Positions 33,937-45,957 of a DNA stretch of 64,000 nt are shown here, in pieces. This DNA comes from Williopsis jadinii (taxonomy: Eukaryota). The notes beneath the pieces are model-generated. The model worked only from the letters and a program-made list of their open reading frames with translations. It had not been told where the DNA came from and did not search any database. Position 1 is the first letter of the stretch, and the number at the start of each line of letters is the position of its first letter. The translations under genes were made by a program, and so were the position numbers. The stretch covers positions 806,001 to 870,000 of the forward strand of contig AP024667.1 of assembly GCA_024346625.1 (NCBI GenBank). Reading direction: 5' to 3'.

Positions 33937-36449
33937 CTTGCAACTTTAATCTATGTTTGAAGAATTACAATAAGAATACCTTGGGCACTGGGGGTTATAT
34001 GGCTTTTTATATCTATTTGGATGAGCAAATATGTTTGATGATGTGTACTATGGATAGACTGAATCATAAGAATTCAGCATGCATCTACAAAGGCCAATGT
34101 TGGAAAACAAGTAATATGCACTATTCTTGGCGAGGCCAATGGTTTAGTTCTGCAGGTGTTTCAAACTAAAGTACGATCAATAAGCACTCTTTATCACGAA
34201 ACCAGTCAGGTCTACGATAATTGGTGTTTCAATTTTCACCTAGTTCCATGAATAAAGAAGCCCGCCTACTGAAATACATACAGCGCTGCATCAGTATGCA
34301 TCAAACTTCACTCAAAGGCTAGGCTCAATATGACCTAGTCCCAAAAATATTTTGAAAGCCCCCCGCATACATTGAGTCCGTCCATCTCGGCCATGACAGA
34401 ATACCTCCCCTAAGCCCAAGTGCTTAAGACTGAAAAACCTTTAAAAAGCCCTCGTGCATATTCTGAATGAAAGACTCACCGCTAGCCGTTCATTGCAAGG
34501 AGTTGCTTGAGTATTTGAAGCCTAGCAGTTTTATGCTGTGCATATAACCTTCACAGGAGATCTTCATCTGAACAGAAAAAATTCTACCCTTTGATATATA
34601 CTGAGTTGAATACTCAAAAACAACGTCTCCTTGTCATTCAAAGCTGCTGATAACAAGTTCATGTGATAGTAGTATTTAGCATGTTGAGCTATTTTATCGA
34701 GTCAATCAATTAGGCATTTTACCAAGGGGGAAAACAGCAGCCAAGGCGCCAAGCCGACTGCGAACCGTTGAATTTTTTAAGCTTAATTTTTGTTGGCAAG
34801 ACGCCTGCAGCTCGAATGATCAGATGGATCTGATAAACCATGGACATAATGAAAAATATCCGACAGGGCTTTTTGACCAGGTGGACTGAACCCCCCCCCC
34901 CCACCCCCGGACTATCGGCCTTGCTCTAAAATTGAACGCAGCTGGTTGGATGTCGCCCATCTGGTTATTAAAATTTTTAACAGTGTAAAGGTATCTCTTG
35001 TTTAAGGAGCTTCGTAAAGGGCACATGTCAACAACCGTATAATAGATATGTATCCCTAACCTGAATGGAAACTCTGAATCACTATATGATAGGCACCATA
35101 TCAACTATATGCTTTCTCAGTTAAAGGTTTCCATTCAATCGGGTATACATCCTTAGAGTGGACAAGATTTGCGGTAGTCCTCATCAACGTCGCGCAGAAT
35201 CCGGATTACTACAAATTCCAGGGTCATGTCATTGGCTCTGCGTTTATTCACTGGGACTCAAACCTTAAGACAGGAGAGGACAATTAAGGAAGCTTGAAAA
35301 GCACTGTATCACCTGAATATTTTCAAAATAAGCATCCTGCATAACCATAACCATCTCAAGTCTCTAGGTGCCCTATAATTAGCCAATCGTGTGAACGTCT
35401 AATGAGTTTACGAGAGCTACATTGACCCGAACCAGAACCAAGCGTCCAAATTACAAATATCTGCACACCCATGCGGCATCGTGTGAGCTCATAAATCAGA
35501 TAATATGAAGTATGGCTATAGCTCTCTACAGCATTGCTAATGCTACAGCCCATTCACAAGGCGTTGGCATAACAACGCAACATGGGAACTCTGCTCATCT
35601 GTCCATGTTTCAAATTCCAACAGAATAGTCCAGTTGAAACATCATCTGGGTCACCTAATAGATTATACACGGTGAATTTTTGCTTGAAAATTGCTGTCCT
35701 GGGAGTATCCCCTTATTTGAATATGCCAATATTCACTAGACTGTTCGCTGGATCAACAACAAACCAATTGACCAAGCTCCAGGGTATACCTAGATGGGCA
35801 TTCTATTTACTCTAAGCTGAAATCTTGCAGCTCCAAAATTAAGATAAAATAGCATATGCAAGAAAAACAGGATTTGAATCATTGCGATTGGCCCGTAAAG
35901 TTGCACAAGTGAATTCACCTTTCAAAAACCGGATTCAAGACAACTTAAATTGGGCTAATGAATTTTAAAAGGAACTATGTACCTTGCATGTTTTCACCTT
36001 GGGAACCTTACGCCTTGAATCTAATTCTGTTGTAGGATTTGCGCCGGTTTCCGAAATCAATTGACCTAGACTAGGAATGAGCCAGGGCTAAGGCATGTTT
36101 CCTGGCTGGTAAGCACCAATGAGACATCATTCCTTATGGCTATTGAAGAAGTTTTTACCAAGTCATGGAACCAGTGACCACTCGGAGCTTCTTTTAATCT
36201 TCTTCCTTTGTCGCCCTGTACATGTAGTGAAACATGTTACTTAGTATGTGTGAAGTTTTTACAGACACCATTATCCGATCTAAGCGTTTCGACCAGAGGT
36301 AATTCGTCATCAGATTACAACAATGAACCGCAAGAGCAATGAGGTCTCATATTTATGGTTTTCATCTGTTTATTAACCAATAGTGGTATTGGTATATCAA
36401 ATATTTGCATAAATATATTCCTTTAAAGAACTGTCCACTAACCAAGGGC

Positions 36450-37355
36450 TGACCAAATTTGTAACTCCTCAAACAAATCGACCATATTGGTATGCTTTTC
36501 AAGAAATTATAAGCTTATAAATCTCATCAACCATCTTTGGTGGTTCACAAGACATCACACCAATGGTTCCATGGCTCTCCTGTGTGAATTCCGTCACAAG
36601 TAATCCAGTACGGTTTGTAACGAGTCTACTACGTTCGTCCACAGTAGAAGATGGTAATAACACCACAGTGAACAATTCCAAGAAAAATACCCAAACAAAT
36701 AAAGAAGAGTATGATAATTGTCTCCGAACGAGTTGGAATCAGTGTGGAGAAGACTTTTAGGAAGACAGGCGCCTCTGTATGATGGTTGTTGAACAACGCA
36801 GGAATGGAAACATACTTTCTATACATGTTAATCCATTTGTTGTTCAGAGAGTTTTGGTAACCGAGTCTCTTCAAGTAATTCACTGCTCCAACGATCAGGA
36901 AAACAAATATGAAGTAACAGTAGAAGGTACCTGCAAACATACTAGGCATATCCCAGTTATAGCACACACTCTGATAATACTTGGAGTAAATGTGAGTTTC
37001 ATTCTTTGGGACACTGGATGGTACATGAAGAGACGTGCTTGTGATATTGATACCTCCAAGAGACTCAATATGACTTGTTGTATTTGCATGCTGATCATAA
37101 TAATAGCCCTTCCGATATGGTGAGCCTCTACAAAGAGCACAAATATCCGTCACGGTTTTGATAGTGCTATTAAAGCTGTTTGAGTATTCTCGAAAAACTT
37201 TTGCAAAGCAAATTGACAGCGTTCCAACAGTTGATAGGTAGAAACAAAGAAACCATAGTATAAAGCTTCCCTGGATGGTCTATACTCTTCCAGGATTAAC
37301 AACGGCCACTTGTACAATCATTAGGTTGGACCCCCAAAACTCCTAATAATTTCAT
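36450..37355 (-). pseudogene. FRE-family pseudogene with frameshifts and a ~1.1-kb internal deletion
   Basis: YNWDMPSMFAG...PTRSETIII matches copies A/B; frameshift at ~36645; junction RTGLL|VTEFTQ at ~36600; relic signal peptide from ATG 37355. Confidence 0.9.
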
Positions 37356-40300
37356 TCTAAACTATCTCTTCAATGAATAAATGTGCGAGATTTCTCGTAG
37401 TTGAAACGGGTCCATCTTTTATAACTAAAGTAGTTTGTTTCTTGGAACAGAATATAGGCTAATAAATCGATCCTGCTCTTCTTACAACAGTAGTACTCTA
37501 ATTGTAGAGTCTCTATAGTTTGAGTATTAAGACTACATCTCACTGTGAATCACCATAATTTGAAAATATTGTATGAACTCTGCATATCAATCAAAATTGA
37601 AATTAGAAAGCAATATTATTTCTGATTCTTGAGGAGTAAAAATATCAAACTTCTAATATGACTAGGAGTCTTAGGATGTTCTACTGTTTTATCGTCAGCC
37701 TCTTTTTCTGTTTTTCTCATTCTGTTTTGAGGATTCGCCAAAATTCATAAATCCGAAAAGTCACCTCACCTTGCAGACCACTTAAAATGTTTTCCTAATG
37801 CCTCATTCGCAAATGGTTGTGTTCTATAGAGCACTCAAAATCTTTAAAAATGTGTAATGATTTGTGTTTCTAAAACTTTCCTGTGTTTGGTCCTGAAAAG
37901 CCTCCAATTTCTTTCGAATCTATCATTTTTACCTTGTGAAAACGGCCTGTTGACTATTACGCTTATGCAACACCTATTTGTTCATACTTGCAAATTTTTT
38001 ATAGTCCACCTTCTGAAATATCACCAATTGACCGGGGTCTTCTACAGTATGAATGTAGCGTTCAAAAGTGAAGGGTCTGATAATTCTTTTTCCCCAATGC
38101 GCGTACGTAATCACAATTGTATGCAATATTCCCTGACGTATCTCAGCTATACGTCTTTCCAGACTCTCGAAAAAAGGAAGTGGTTTTTTTTTCTAAATGA
38201 AGAATCATCACCTCATCTGCGTCGAATGCCCTGGTTCTGAAAGTGTGCAATGATATGAACAACGGCTCAACTCTTCCATTTGATTGGCTGTTGCCGGTGT
38301 TTTCTACGTTCTTTTTTTGTATCCAATGCTCTCCAGGTGCAGAGGGTTACATAAACACCTACATATATGGCCATATCATTAAAGCCAAGGCTGGCCAAGG
38401 CTTACCAAGAGAAATTTTTTGATGTTTCATCGGTCTGATGAATCTGATAAAATTTATTAGATCCGTATGCGAAGTGCTACGTTTAACCCCGTACAGCACG
38501 TACAACGCATGCCGATGCATGTGTGTATCTAAGCCTCGTCAATCCAAGTATGTTGGGTAGTAGGACAGTCTAGTCATCCTAGTCCGACTAGTCTACTAGC
38601 TGGCACTTGGCCTAAGTAATGATTGAGGTATGAATGTCAAGGCTGTAAATGTGAAAGCTCTAATTATTTACCATTCGTGGTATTTGTTAAAACCCTAGAT
38701 CCAACTCAGTGCAACATCAAGCTACAATATAGACCATTTTCGAGAAATGTTCAACCCAATATGTGCTGCTAAAAAGTTTCTAGTCTATCGAGGCCCTGAG
38801 ACTATCTTATGTAGATATGATTCAAGACGAACTCTGGCTCCAATTTCTCGTCATGTATCCTCAGTGTTGGCAAGGACTGGTGAGGGCTGAAATCTCAGGT
38901 TGGAATCCTCATTAGTTCAGTAGTATATGCAGGGTGACTAGAAATGCACACTGTCCCCCATCGTGACCCCACCATTCCATTGGTTAAGATTCGTGAAATG
39001 GGTCAAATTATCTATTCAATCAAAACCAAGTGCGAAGCATTAATATACGTCTTCATATTGTCTCCGATAGAGACAAAGTTGGCAGGTGATAGTTCATGTC
39101 TATATCTTTTTTGCAGAAACAATCCATCGTACCTCATGCGAAATCAAAAAGTTATAACCAATGACATCGTGGACAAAACTTTCACAACTACAATTGAGAG
39201 ATGTTATTTAAAGAAAATGGAATGCTGTGGCTAACAGGGAAAGTTATGATCACTTCTAGAGCTTTCGTTTCTTCGTGGAATGACGCAGCAAACTTTAAAG
39301 TTACATATTGAAAATAATGAATCTGTACCGCCTGAAATATTGTATATTTTGTCCAAGACAAGCTACTTGACAACAGTCTTGGTATAAGTCAAAATGGAAC
39401 ATTATCTAACAGTAGTTTCACACAATGCACATATGCAGATATACTTCTGAGTGGTGAAAGTCTCCGAAGCTACAGGTCTTAATAGATACCAATGAGTTGA
39501 GTGTTCACAGTTTGATGGAACATTATTATTCCAATCAAGTACATCCAATGTTCGAAGCGACGTAGGCAATATAATTACTCAAAACATTGATGGTGAATCA
39601 GCTAATAACCGATATTTGGTCCGATCCGATCTGATACGACTAATAATTGATTTTTTTCAACAAATAGCACTCTGCATTAAGATATTATTATTCAGTGTAA
39701 TACACTAGCAAAGTAAGGCAAAGCAAATTAAAACACCCAAGATTTGCTAATCTAAAAGTGAAGTTATTTAATATCCAACATGCTCCAATTGAATAGCATC
39801 CAAGTTTATTGGATGAATTGTCAAAGACTTCAACCCTTTCACCGAATTTTCAGAACTACGTTGCATAACGGCACCGATGAATAGGTCCATAGTCTAGACA
39901 TAATGCATATTGGTTGAAGTTACATTGCATAATAAGGTCTCAACTCCGGTTTTTGTGAAGTTCAAGCCTTTTCCAATTATCGATCATCCAAGCTAAATAC
40001 GTCTGGTTCGACAATTAGCCTTCTAGTCTCTTAAATGTGTATGTCTAAACTGCGCATTACAGACTAGAGCTTGAGGACTATTGACTAAATAATAACAATA
40101 CTTAAATTACAAGGCTGTTCATATGTCGTACTACATTTAAGAGCGCTACGGCACAAATAAAAATATTTTTTGTGCAAGGCCTAAGATACAGGACGCAACG
40201 AGCCAAAAAATAAAGCCATTTTGAACCCTTCAAACATACCCAGGTCTTTTCTTACCAAGAAATCTCAGTCTTCCTGGATGATATGAAGAACTTGAAATAG

Positions 40301-41560
40301 ATTGACCTATAGCTCGGCTCTAGTTTTTAAACAGTCACTTGAAGGCTTTTGAGCAGGAAAAGGTTTCAGTCATGCGATTCAATACAAGAATGTGTATGCG
40401 GAGTGTAGACCCCCATTAGCACTACGTGCAGACGACGTTCGGGTGTGCATTATGTTTCTGATGTAGTCCCCCTTCGGTGAACTAGAACAATGCACCTCAC
40501 TTTTTTTATATTTCAACCAATGGGGTGATCGCTTATAACTTTAAATTCATCTGCGCAAGTGGCCAAAGATATCCCGAATATTTCCCGTGTCTCGATGATG
40601 GCCCAACAGTTGTTAGGGTCCATGTACATTAAGATTGACGGTTTATTATGTTTTATTGCCCACGATTGAAACAACCAATGGGAAGAGCGTGATTAAGTTA
40701 TTTTGGGTTGTGAAATTATGGGAATGACCAAGTATACTAATGAAATATGCCTGGCATACTTTACGGTCGTAATCCTCTGGCAGGGGTGTGCAGGTGTTCT
40801 CATGATACATACTGGACATTCAACATGGCTTTCGAGTCGAATGCTGACATCTTGAGACATAGTTATTAGGAAACTGCACAACTCTACACAGCTGTGACAT
40901 ACGGCGCCACAGCTTCTGAGACCCGTCTCCTGTTATTCTTCAAACCAGATCATATATCATTGGCTCTCATCGAGCAAAGATGGCATAACATTGTGGCATT
41001 ATAACTATTCCAATGCGATTACTCTTCATCTCATTGAGAGTACAGCGTGGCAGCCTCTTGAAGGCAACTGTGAATATTCACAACCGGATTACGGATTGCG
41101 TAGAACTCATGATCGAAAACAGTATCAAAGTAGGTTGGAACATGATGGGGAAGACGAGGTTATACACGGCCAAGACGATTAATGGAGTAATCCCTCGATA
41201 TCTCAGATAACAGTGCTGATCTAGAAGATTTAGAAAGAAATACTGGAGCAAGAATATGAATGAAAAAGTGGACGCTCGAGATTTGGAGATGTTGGAAGAA
41301 GAGAAGAAATCAGAGGAAGGTTATATAAGATAAAATTGAATTGCTTTAAGGCAAGTATATGTTTAACAAAGAGAGCCACTCTGATGCAAGGACCACAAGC
41401 TCAGAACCACGAGCTCAGTATAAACCTCCGACCCTGAACTCAGGATTAGCAGAGAGAAAGAATGAGCCAAAGCACAATAATAGGAAGCCATAACTGGAAG
41501 TTCTGAATTCAGTTATATTTGGTGGTGTATGGAACAAGAAATATCTCAAAAACAACAAGA

Positions 41561-41632
41561 TCCGGCATGGTGTAGTGGCTAACATCGGTCGCTCTCACCG
41601 ACCAGCCCGGGGTTCGATTCCCCGTACCGGAA
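41561..41632 (+). tRNA. tRNA-Glu (CTC)
   Basis: TCCGGCATGGTGTAGTGGCTAACATCGGTCGCT-CTC-ACCGACCAGCCCGGGGTTCGATTCCCCGTACCGGAA followed by a long T-run terminator. Confidence 0.94.
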
Positions 41633-42061
41633 TTTTTTTTTTCAAAATTCAAGATCCTTAAACATGAGGCTCGGAGCAGCTTAAAAGCTATAAAAATACA
41701 TTGACGACAGTAGACTTGAAGCTAAGGGACCAACCACTGGTCCAATTGTTAAGATGGAACCGGTTTCCCAAGCTTGGCGTCATTCTGTTTTGATTTTGTT
41801 GGCATGAGAGGTTGTCAGGACAACCGTGTTTTTAAACAACTTTTCACGTTACAAATTTGTGCATCCACCGTTTCGTAGTGGGAAATTCACACACATCAGT
41901 GTACCGATTTGCAGCTTTAATACCGACCTGTATATATTCACATTGGTGTTCTTGGTGTGATTGGAGAGTGGAAACATTTGGTGTTATAAAGAAAAGTGGT
42001 AAGCGTTCTGTTCTGTGATATCTTAGATCGACATTAAGCAATAGACACGTGTCTAAGAAGC

Positions 42062-43315
42062 ATGAGCGTGTTCAAATTAGATGAAGAGGGCGATGAAGAG
42101 GCCCTTTACCAAGACTTCCACGATAGTCTCAATGTCTCTGAACCCTTAGCTATCCCATCAGACCGTGCCAGAAGAAGAAGCTCTGCATCGAACAGAAACA
42201 CTCCTCAACATCGTCTAGGAACCAGCTTTGAGATTGGAATCGATGACGATTTCATCGAAGATGAGGTTGAGGATGATGAGCCTCGGTTGGGGAAGCCGAG
42301 ACCAAGCGATTTCGAATGTATCAAGGTCCTCGGAGTTGGCTCGTATGGAAAAGTGTTACTTGTTAGAGAAAAGAAAACTGGTAAGCTATTTGCACAGAAG
42401 CAGTTGAAGAAGGCATCTCTGATCATTCAGTCCAAGACCGTTGAAAGAACCATCAACGAAAAGACCATCTTGGAGAGCGTTAAACATCCATTTATTGTGA
42501 AGCTGTACTATGCCTTTCAAGATGACTCCAAGCTATATCTGATTCTTGAGTATTTACAAGGAGGGGAGCTGTTCCAACATTTACAGCTGGAGAAGTTTCT
42601 AGGTGAGGCGAAGGCATCTATATACTTGGCCCAGATGGTACTTGCACTTGAGCATTTGCACAAAATCGGTATAGTTTACAGGGATCTCAAGCCTGAAAAC
42701 TGTCTATTGGACGAAGATGGATATCTCATCTTGACAGATTTTGGACTGAGTAAAGTTGGGTTGAACGATGAGGAGCTGTGCACTTCATTAATTGGAACTC
42801 CCGAATATATGGCACCTGAGATCTTGCAAGATATACCATATGACTATTCCGTGGACTTCTGGTCCCTCGGCTGTGTCATGTTTGACATGCTCACAGGTTC
42901 TCCACCGTTCACTGGTAATAACAACAAGAAAATCTACGACAAGATCGTTGCCAATAAGCTCAAGATTCCATTCTACCTCTCCCAAGAGGCCAAGGACTTG
43001 TTACTACGTCTCTTGAAGAAAAGTCCGCAGAAGAGACTGACCGACATCGAAGCCCTCAAGAAGCACCCTTTCTTCAGAAACGTCAACTGGAAAGATATAC
43101 TCGAACGCAACTTTGAGCCTCCAATCGTCCCAATAGTCACGGATCCACAACTCGCAGAGAACTTCGATTCTGAATTCACTGGCCTGCCAATCTCACCGGT
43201 TGGTTCCCATAGAGCTGGTCTCACCATTAACAACCCACAGAAGCAGCAGCCCTTCGAAGACGCCTTCAAGGGTTTCTCGTACACCGATAAAAACTTCACA
43301 GATATATATTCCTAG
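42062..43315 (+). CDS. YPK3: AGC Ser/Thr kinase, Ypk3/Psk1 (S6 kinase-like)
   Basis: LGVGSYGKV, YRDLKPEN, DFG, GTPEYMAPE, AENFDSEFT, hydrophobic motif FKGFSY. Confidence 0.85.
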   Translation: MSVFKLDEEGDEEALYQDFHDSLNVSEPLAIPSDRARRRSSASNRNTPQHRLGTSFEIGIDDDFIEDEVEDDEPRLGKPRPSDFECIKVLGVGSYGKVLLVREKKTGKLFAQKQLKKASLIIQSKTVERTINEKTILESVKHPFIVKLYYAFQDDSKLYLILEYLQGGELFQHLQLEKFLGEAKASIYLAQMVLALEHLHKIGIVYRDLKPENCLLDEDGYLILTDFGLSKVGLNDEELCTSLIGTPEYMAPEILQDIPYDYSVDFWSLGCVMFDMLTGSPPFTGNNNKKIYDKIVANKLKIPFYLSQEAKDLLLRLLKKSPQKRLTDIEALKKHPFFRNVNWKDILERNFEPPIVPIVTDPQLAENFDSEFTGLPISPVGSHRAGLTINNPQKQQPFEDAFKGFSYTDKNFTDIYS

Positions 43316-43624
43316 GATGAGATCCATCCGTTTATACACCGTATAGAAGAGACTCAATTCCCATACATTACAGTTATACGTCTTCTGCAATGTGTGTAGT
43401 GCAACTGCTGAAAGCGGTAATTTTCGCAGTCAAACCTGCTCGCCTAGGCTCACCGCTTTTTCTTCCCACTGTGTGGACTTCCCCCTGTAGACCTCACCCG
43501 CTAGTAGGAGTAGGGCCTAGGACGAGACACAAGTTGCTGGGGACAAAGACTGCGATAGAACCCACGGAGAGGCATTTGAAGCAGAGGCATACGGTAAGCT
43601 GTTGCATGCAGAGTAAATAACAAG

Positions 43625-44971
43625 ATGAATACGTACAACCAGGTGACTCCTACTGGCCTTGGAGGCAAGAGAGGAAAGACTAATGTTGGTGGCTCTCAAC
43701 AGCAGAGTCAAGAGCCACAAGAACAACAGGTGTTCCCTGCCAGCTTGACAGCATGGGTTCAGACATGTTATGCTGATGCTCTACAGAGATCGTTCGGCCC
43801 TGAACAGATGGCTCAGCTACAGCATGAGCTGCAGGTATTGATAGAGAAGGCCAACAACACGGGTAAGCTCTGGAGCAACGACTGGAGTGGACAGAGCATT
43901 CCAATCCTCAACCGAGGGTCGATCTTAGACTTGAAGTGTAACCAAGCTACCAGTCAGTCGAAGCAAGCGAGTGCTCAAAGGAGTGTGAAGAATAAAAGGG
44001 CCACTGTGGCATCGAAAGAAGATGAAATGACATCCAACGATAGGAAGAGACTCCGTGCACAGCGATTTGAAAGGGAGCTGAATCATAATGAGACGCTTAA
44101 TTTCCAGAATATAAACCGGGAAGAGTACAAGTTTGATAAGAATAAACCAATCATTGGAACGTGCACAGATCTGGAGAAGAGCTATCTCAGGTTGACCAGT
44201 GCACCTGATCCGTCTAAAGTACGCCCCTATGGCATATTGGTGAAAGCTCTCAACAGGCTCATGCACAAGTATAAGAGTGGTGTGAAGTACACATATCTCT
44301 GTGATCAGTTGAAGGCCCTGAGACAGGATTTGACTGTTCAACTGATTGAAGATGACTTTACAGTCAAGGTGTACGAAACACACGGACGTATAGCCATCGA
44401 GAACTCGGATCTTGGTGAATTCAACCAATGTCAGTCCGTCTTGAAGAAGCTTTATGAGCAGCCCCACATTAAACAGAGTAAGAATGGATCTACTAATAAG
44501 CTAGAATTTTTGAGCTATGCCTTGATTTATTACCTGTTCACAAACAATTACGATTCAATAACTGAAGTAAAGCTCAAATTGCAACCTAACGATCGTGGGA
44601 ATGACTTCATAAAACCGGCTCTAGAAATCATAAAGGCTAAGTTGTCTAAGAATTATCACATGCTATTCAGCCTGTACTCCAAGACTAAAGGGACCACAAA
44701 GCTCCTAATCGAATGTTTTATCAACAATGAGAGAGTTAAAGCACTCTCTGTGATTTGTACTGCTTATAAGCAGATAAACTTGGAGTTCTTACTGAATGAG
44801 TTTCATTTCCAGGGGGAGAGTGACTGTATGGATTTTATCACTGATAAGCAGCTCGATAAGTTTATCGAACTGAAAGGTGAAAGTATCATTTTGAAAGCAG
44901 CTGATGCAAGATCAACGGTTTTTAATTCGTTACAGAAAGTAAAGAAGGTTGATATTAAAGGACAAGTATAA
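43625..44971 (+). CDS. THP3: SAC3/GANP-domain protein (Thp3/LENG8 type)
   Basis: GTCTDLEKSYLRLTSAPDPSKVRP, CDQLKALRQDLTVQ, YETHGRIAIENSDLGEFNQC, C-terminal KVDIKGQ. Confidence 0.88.
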   Translation: MNTYNQVTPTGLGGKRGKTNVGGSQQQSQEPQEQQVFPASLTAWVQTCYADALQRSFGPEQMAQLQHELQVLIEKANNTGKLWSNDWSGQSIPILNRGSILDLKCNQATSQSKQASAQRSVKNKRATVASKEDEMTSNDRKRLRAQRFERELNHNETLNFQNINREEYKFDKNKPIIGTCTDLEKSYLRLTSAPDPSKVRPYGILVKALNRLMHKYKSGVKYTYLCDQLKALRQDLTVQLIEDDFTVKVYETHGRIAIENSDLGEFNQCQSVLKKLYEQPHIKQSKNGSTNKLEFLSYALIYYLFTNNYDSITEVKLKLQPNDRGNDFIKPALEIIKAKLSKNYHMLFSLYSKTKGTTKLLIECFINNERVKALSVICTAYKQINLEFLLNEFHFQGESDCMDFITDKQLDKFIELKGESIILKAADARSTVFNSLQKVKKVDIKGQV

Positions 44972-45156
44972 AAGAGTGGGTTCCGGGGACTAGTATAGTG
45001 AGTATTTTTTATGTTTTTTTGTTCTGTTTTCCTTCTTCTGGATGAATACCTATGGTCGCTTTTTGACTTCTGATTCATAAAATGGTTTGAACTCGTGTTT
45101 TCTTGTCATTCACTACATCTCAGCAGAAGCTTCGAGTGTATGCATATATAGCTTAA

Positions 45157-45840
45157 TCAGTCAAAAGACGGAGCAAGAGCCATCAAGGAAAAGTTATTCT
45201 TATTTGCTTCATCGGTTAAGTCAACGTAGTGTTGGAATCTCTGTGCCAATCCAGGCTCTTCAAGAACATCGCCATCATTGGTCTGTTGTCCTAAATCTAG
45301 TGCACTTTGTCTTCTTCCATCCAATTCGTACAAATGTCCGTTCTTCTTAATGAAGGCAATGAAATGAGTGCTAACATCGTCATTAGCATCTGGTGCATCT
45401 GTCTCTCCTTGGTTGGCAATATCAGTGTATTGTCTCTCCAGCTCATCAATCAAGTGCTCAACTTCACCTGTATCGTTATGAGCGAGCTTGAATTTGGCGA
45501 TTGTAGAGTTCGATTCAAAGTCCTTGTCGTCCAGATTGGAAATGGAGTTCAGTAGAGCATATAACCCACAAGCGTTCTTGACTGTTTGCTTGAACCAGAT
45601 AACATCATTAGCATCATGACTTCTTGAAGACTCCTCTGAGTCCTTTACAGATTCGTATGCTTCAGTTACAGGGAACAACATGATTATGGCTTGACATGGC
45701 CTTGGTATGAAGGATAAGAGATCTTTATCTGTCAACGAATAAACGTCATGGAAACTGTACTTTTGAGACAGCCCGAGGTTATGTGCAAATGTTGAGAATA
45801 TCTCAGGGTTAGACTCTAGGGGAATTACAGCTCTGGCCAT
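45157..45840 (-). CDS. YUH1: Ubiquitin C-terminal hydrolase (peptidase C12)
   Basis: PLESNPE, KQTVKNACGLYALL, HFIAF, LYELDGRR. Confidence 0.95.
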   Translation of the reverse strand: MARAVIPLESNPEIFSTFAHNLGLSQKYSFHDVYSLTDKDLLSFIPRPCQAIIMLFPVTEAYESVKDSEESSRSHDANDVIWFKQTVKNACGLYALLNSISNLDDKDFESNSTIAKFKLAHNDTGEVEHLIDELERQYTDIANQGETDAPDANDDVSTHFIAFIKKNGHLYELDGRRQSALDLGQQTNDGDVLEEPGLAQRFQHYVDLTDEANKNNFSLMALAPSFD

Positions 45841-45929
45841 GGTTAAGATGTTGCTCTAGGGACATTAAATGTGCTGGCTTGCTAAAGAGTCCTGATGATG
45901 AAGTTGGGCGCTCCACCAATTCTGGGGAG

Positions 45930-45957
45930 CATCCGGACACCTAAACACCCGGACATT
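45930..45957. promoter_or_regulatory. Pair of Rap1-like sites upstream of YUH1
   Basis: CATCCGGACACC and ACACCCGGACAT resemble the Rap1 consensus ACACCCRYACAY; the same motif occurs at 55652-55720. Confidence 0.45.

Noticed and set aside
34890..34910. Poly-C run (possible G-quadruplex on the minus strand)
   Set aside because: Isolated homopolymer with no further support.
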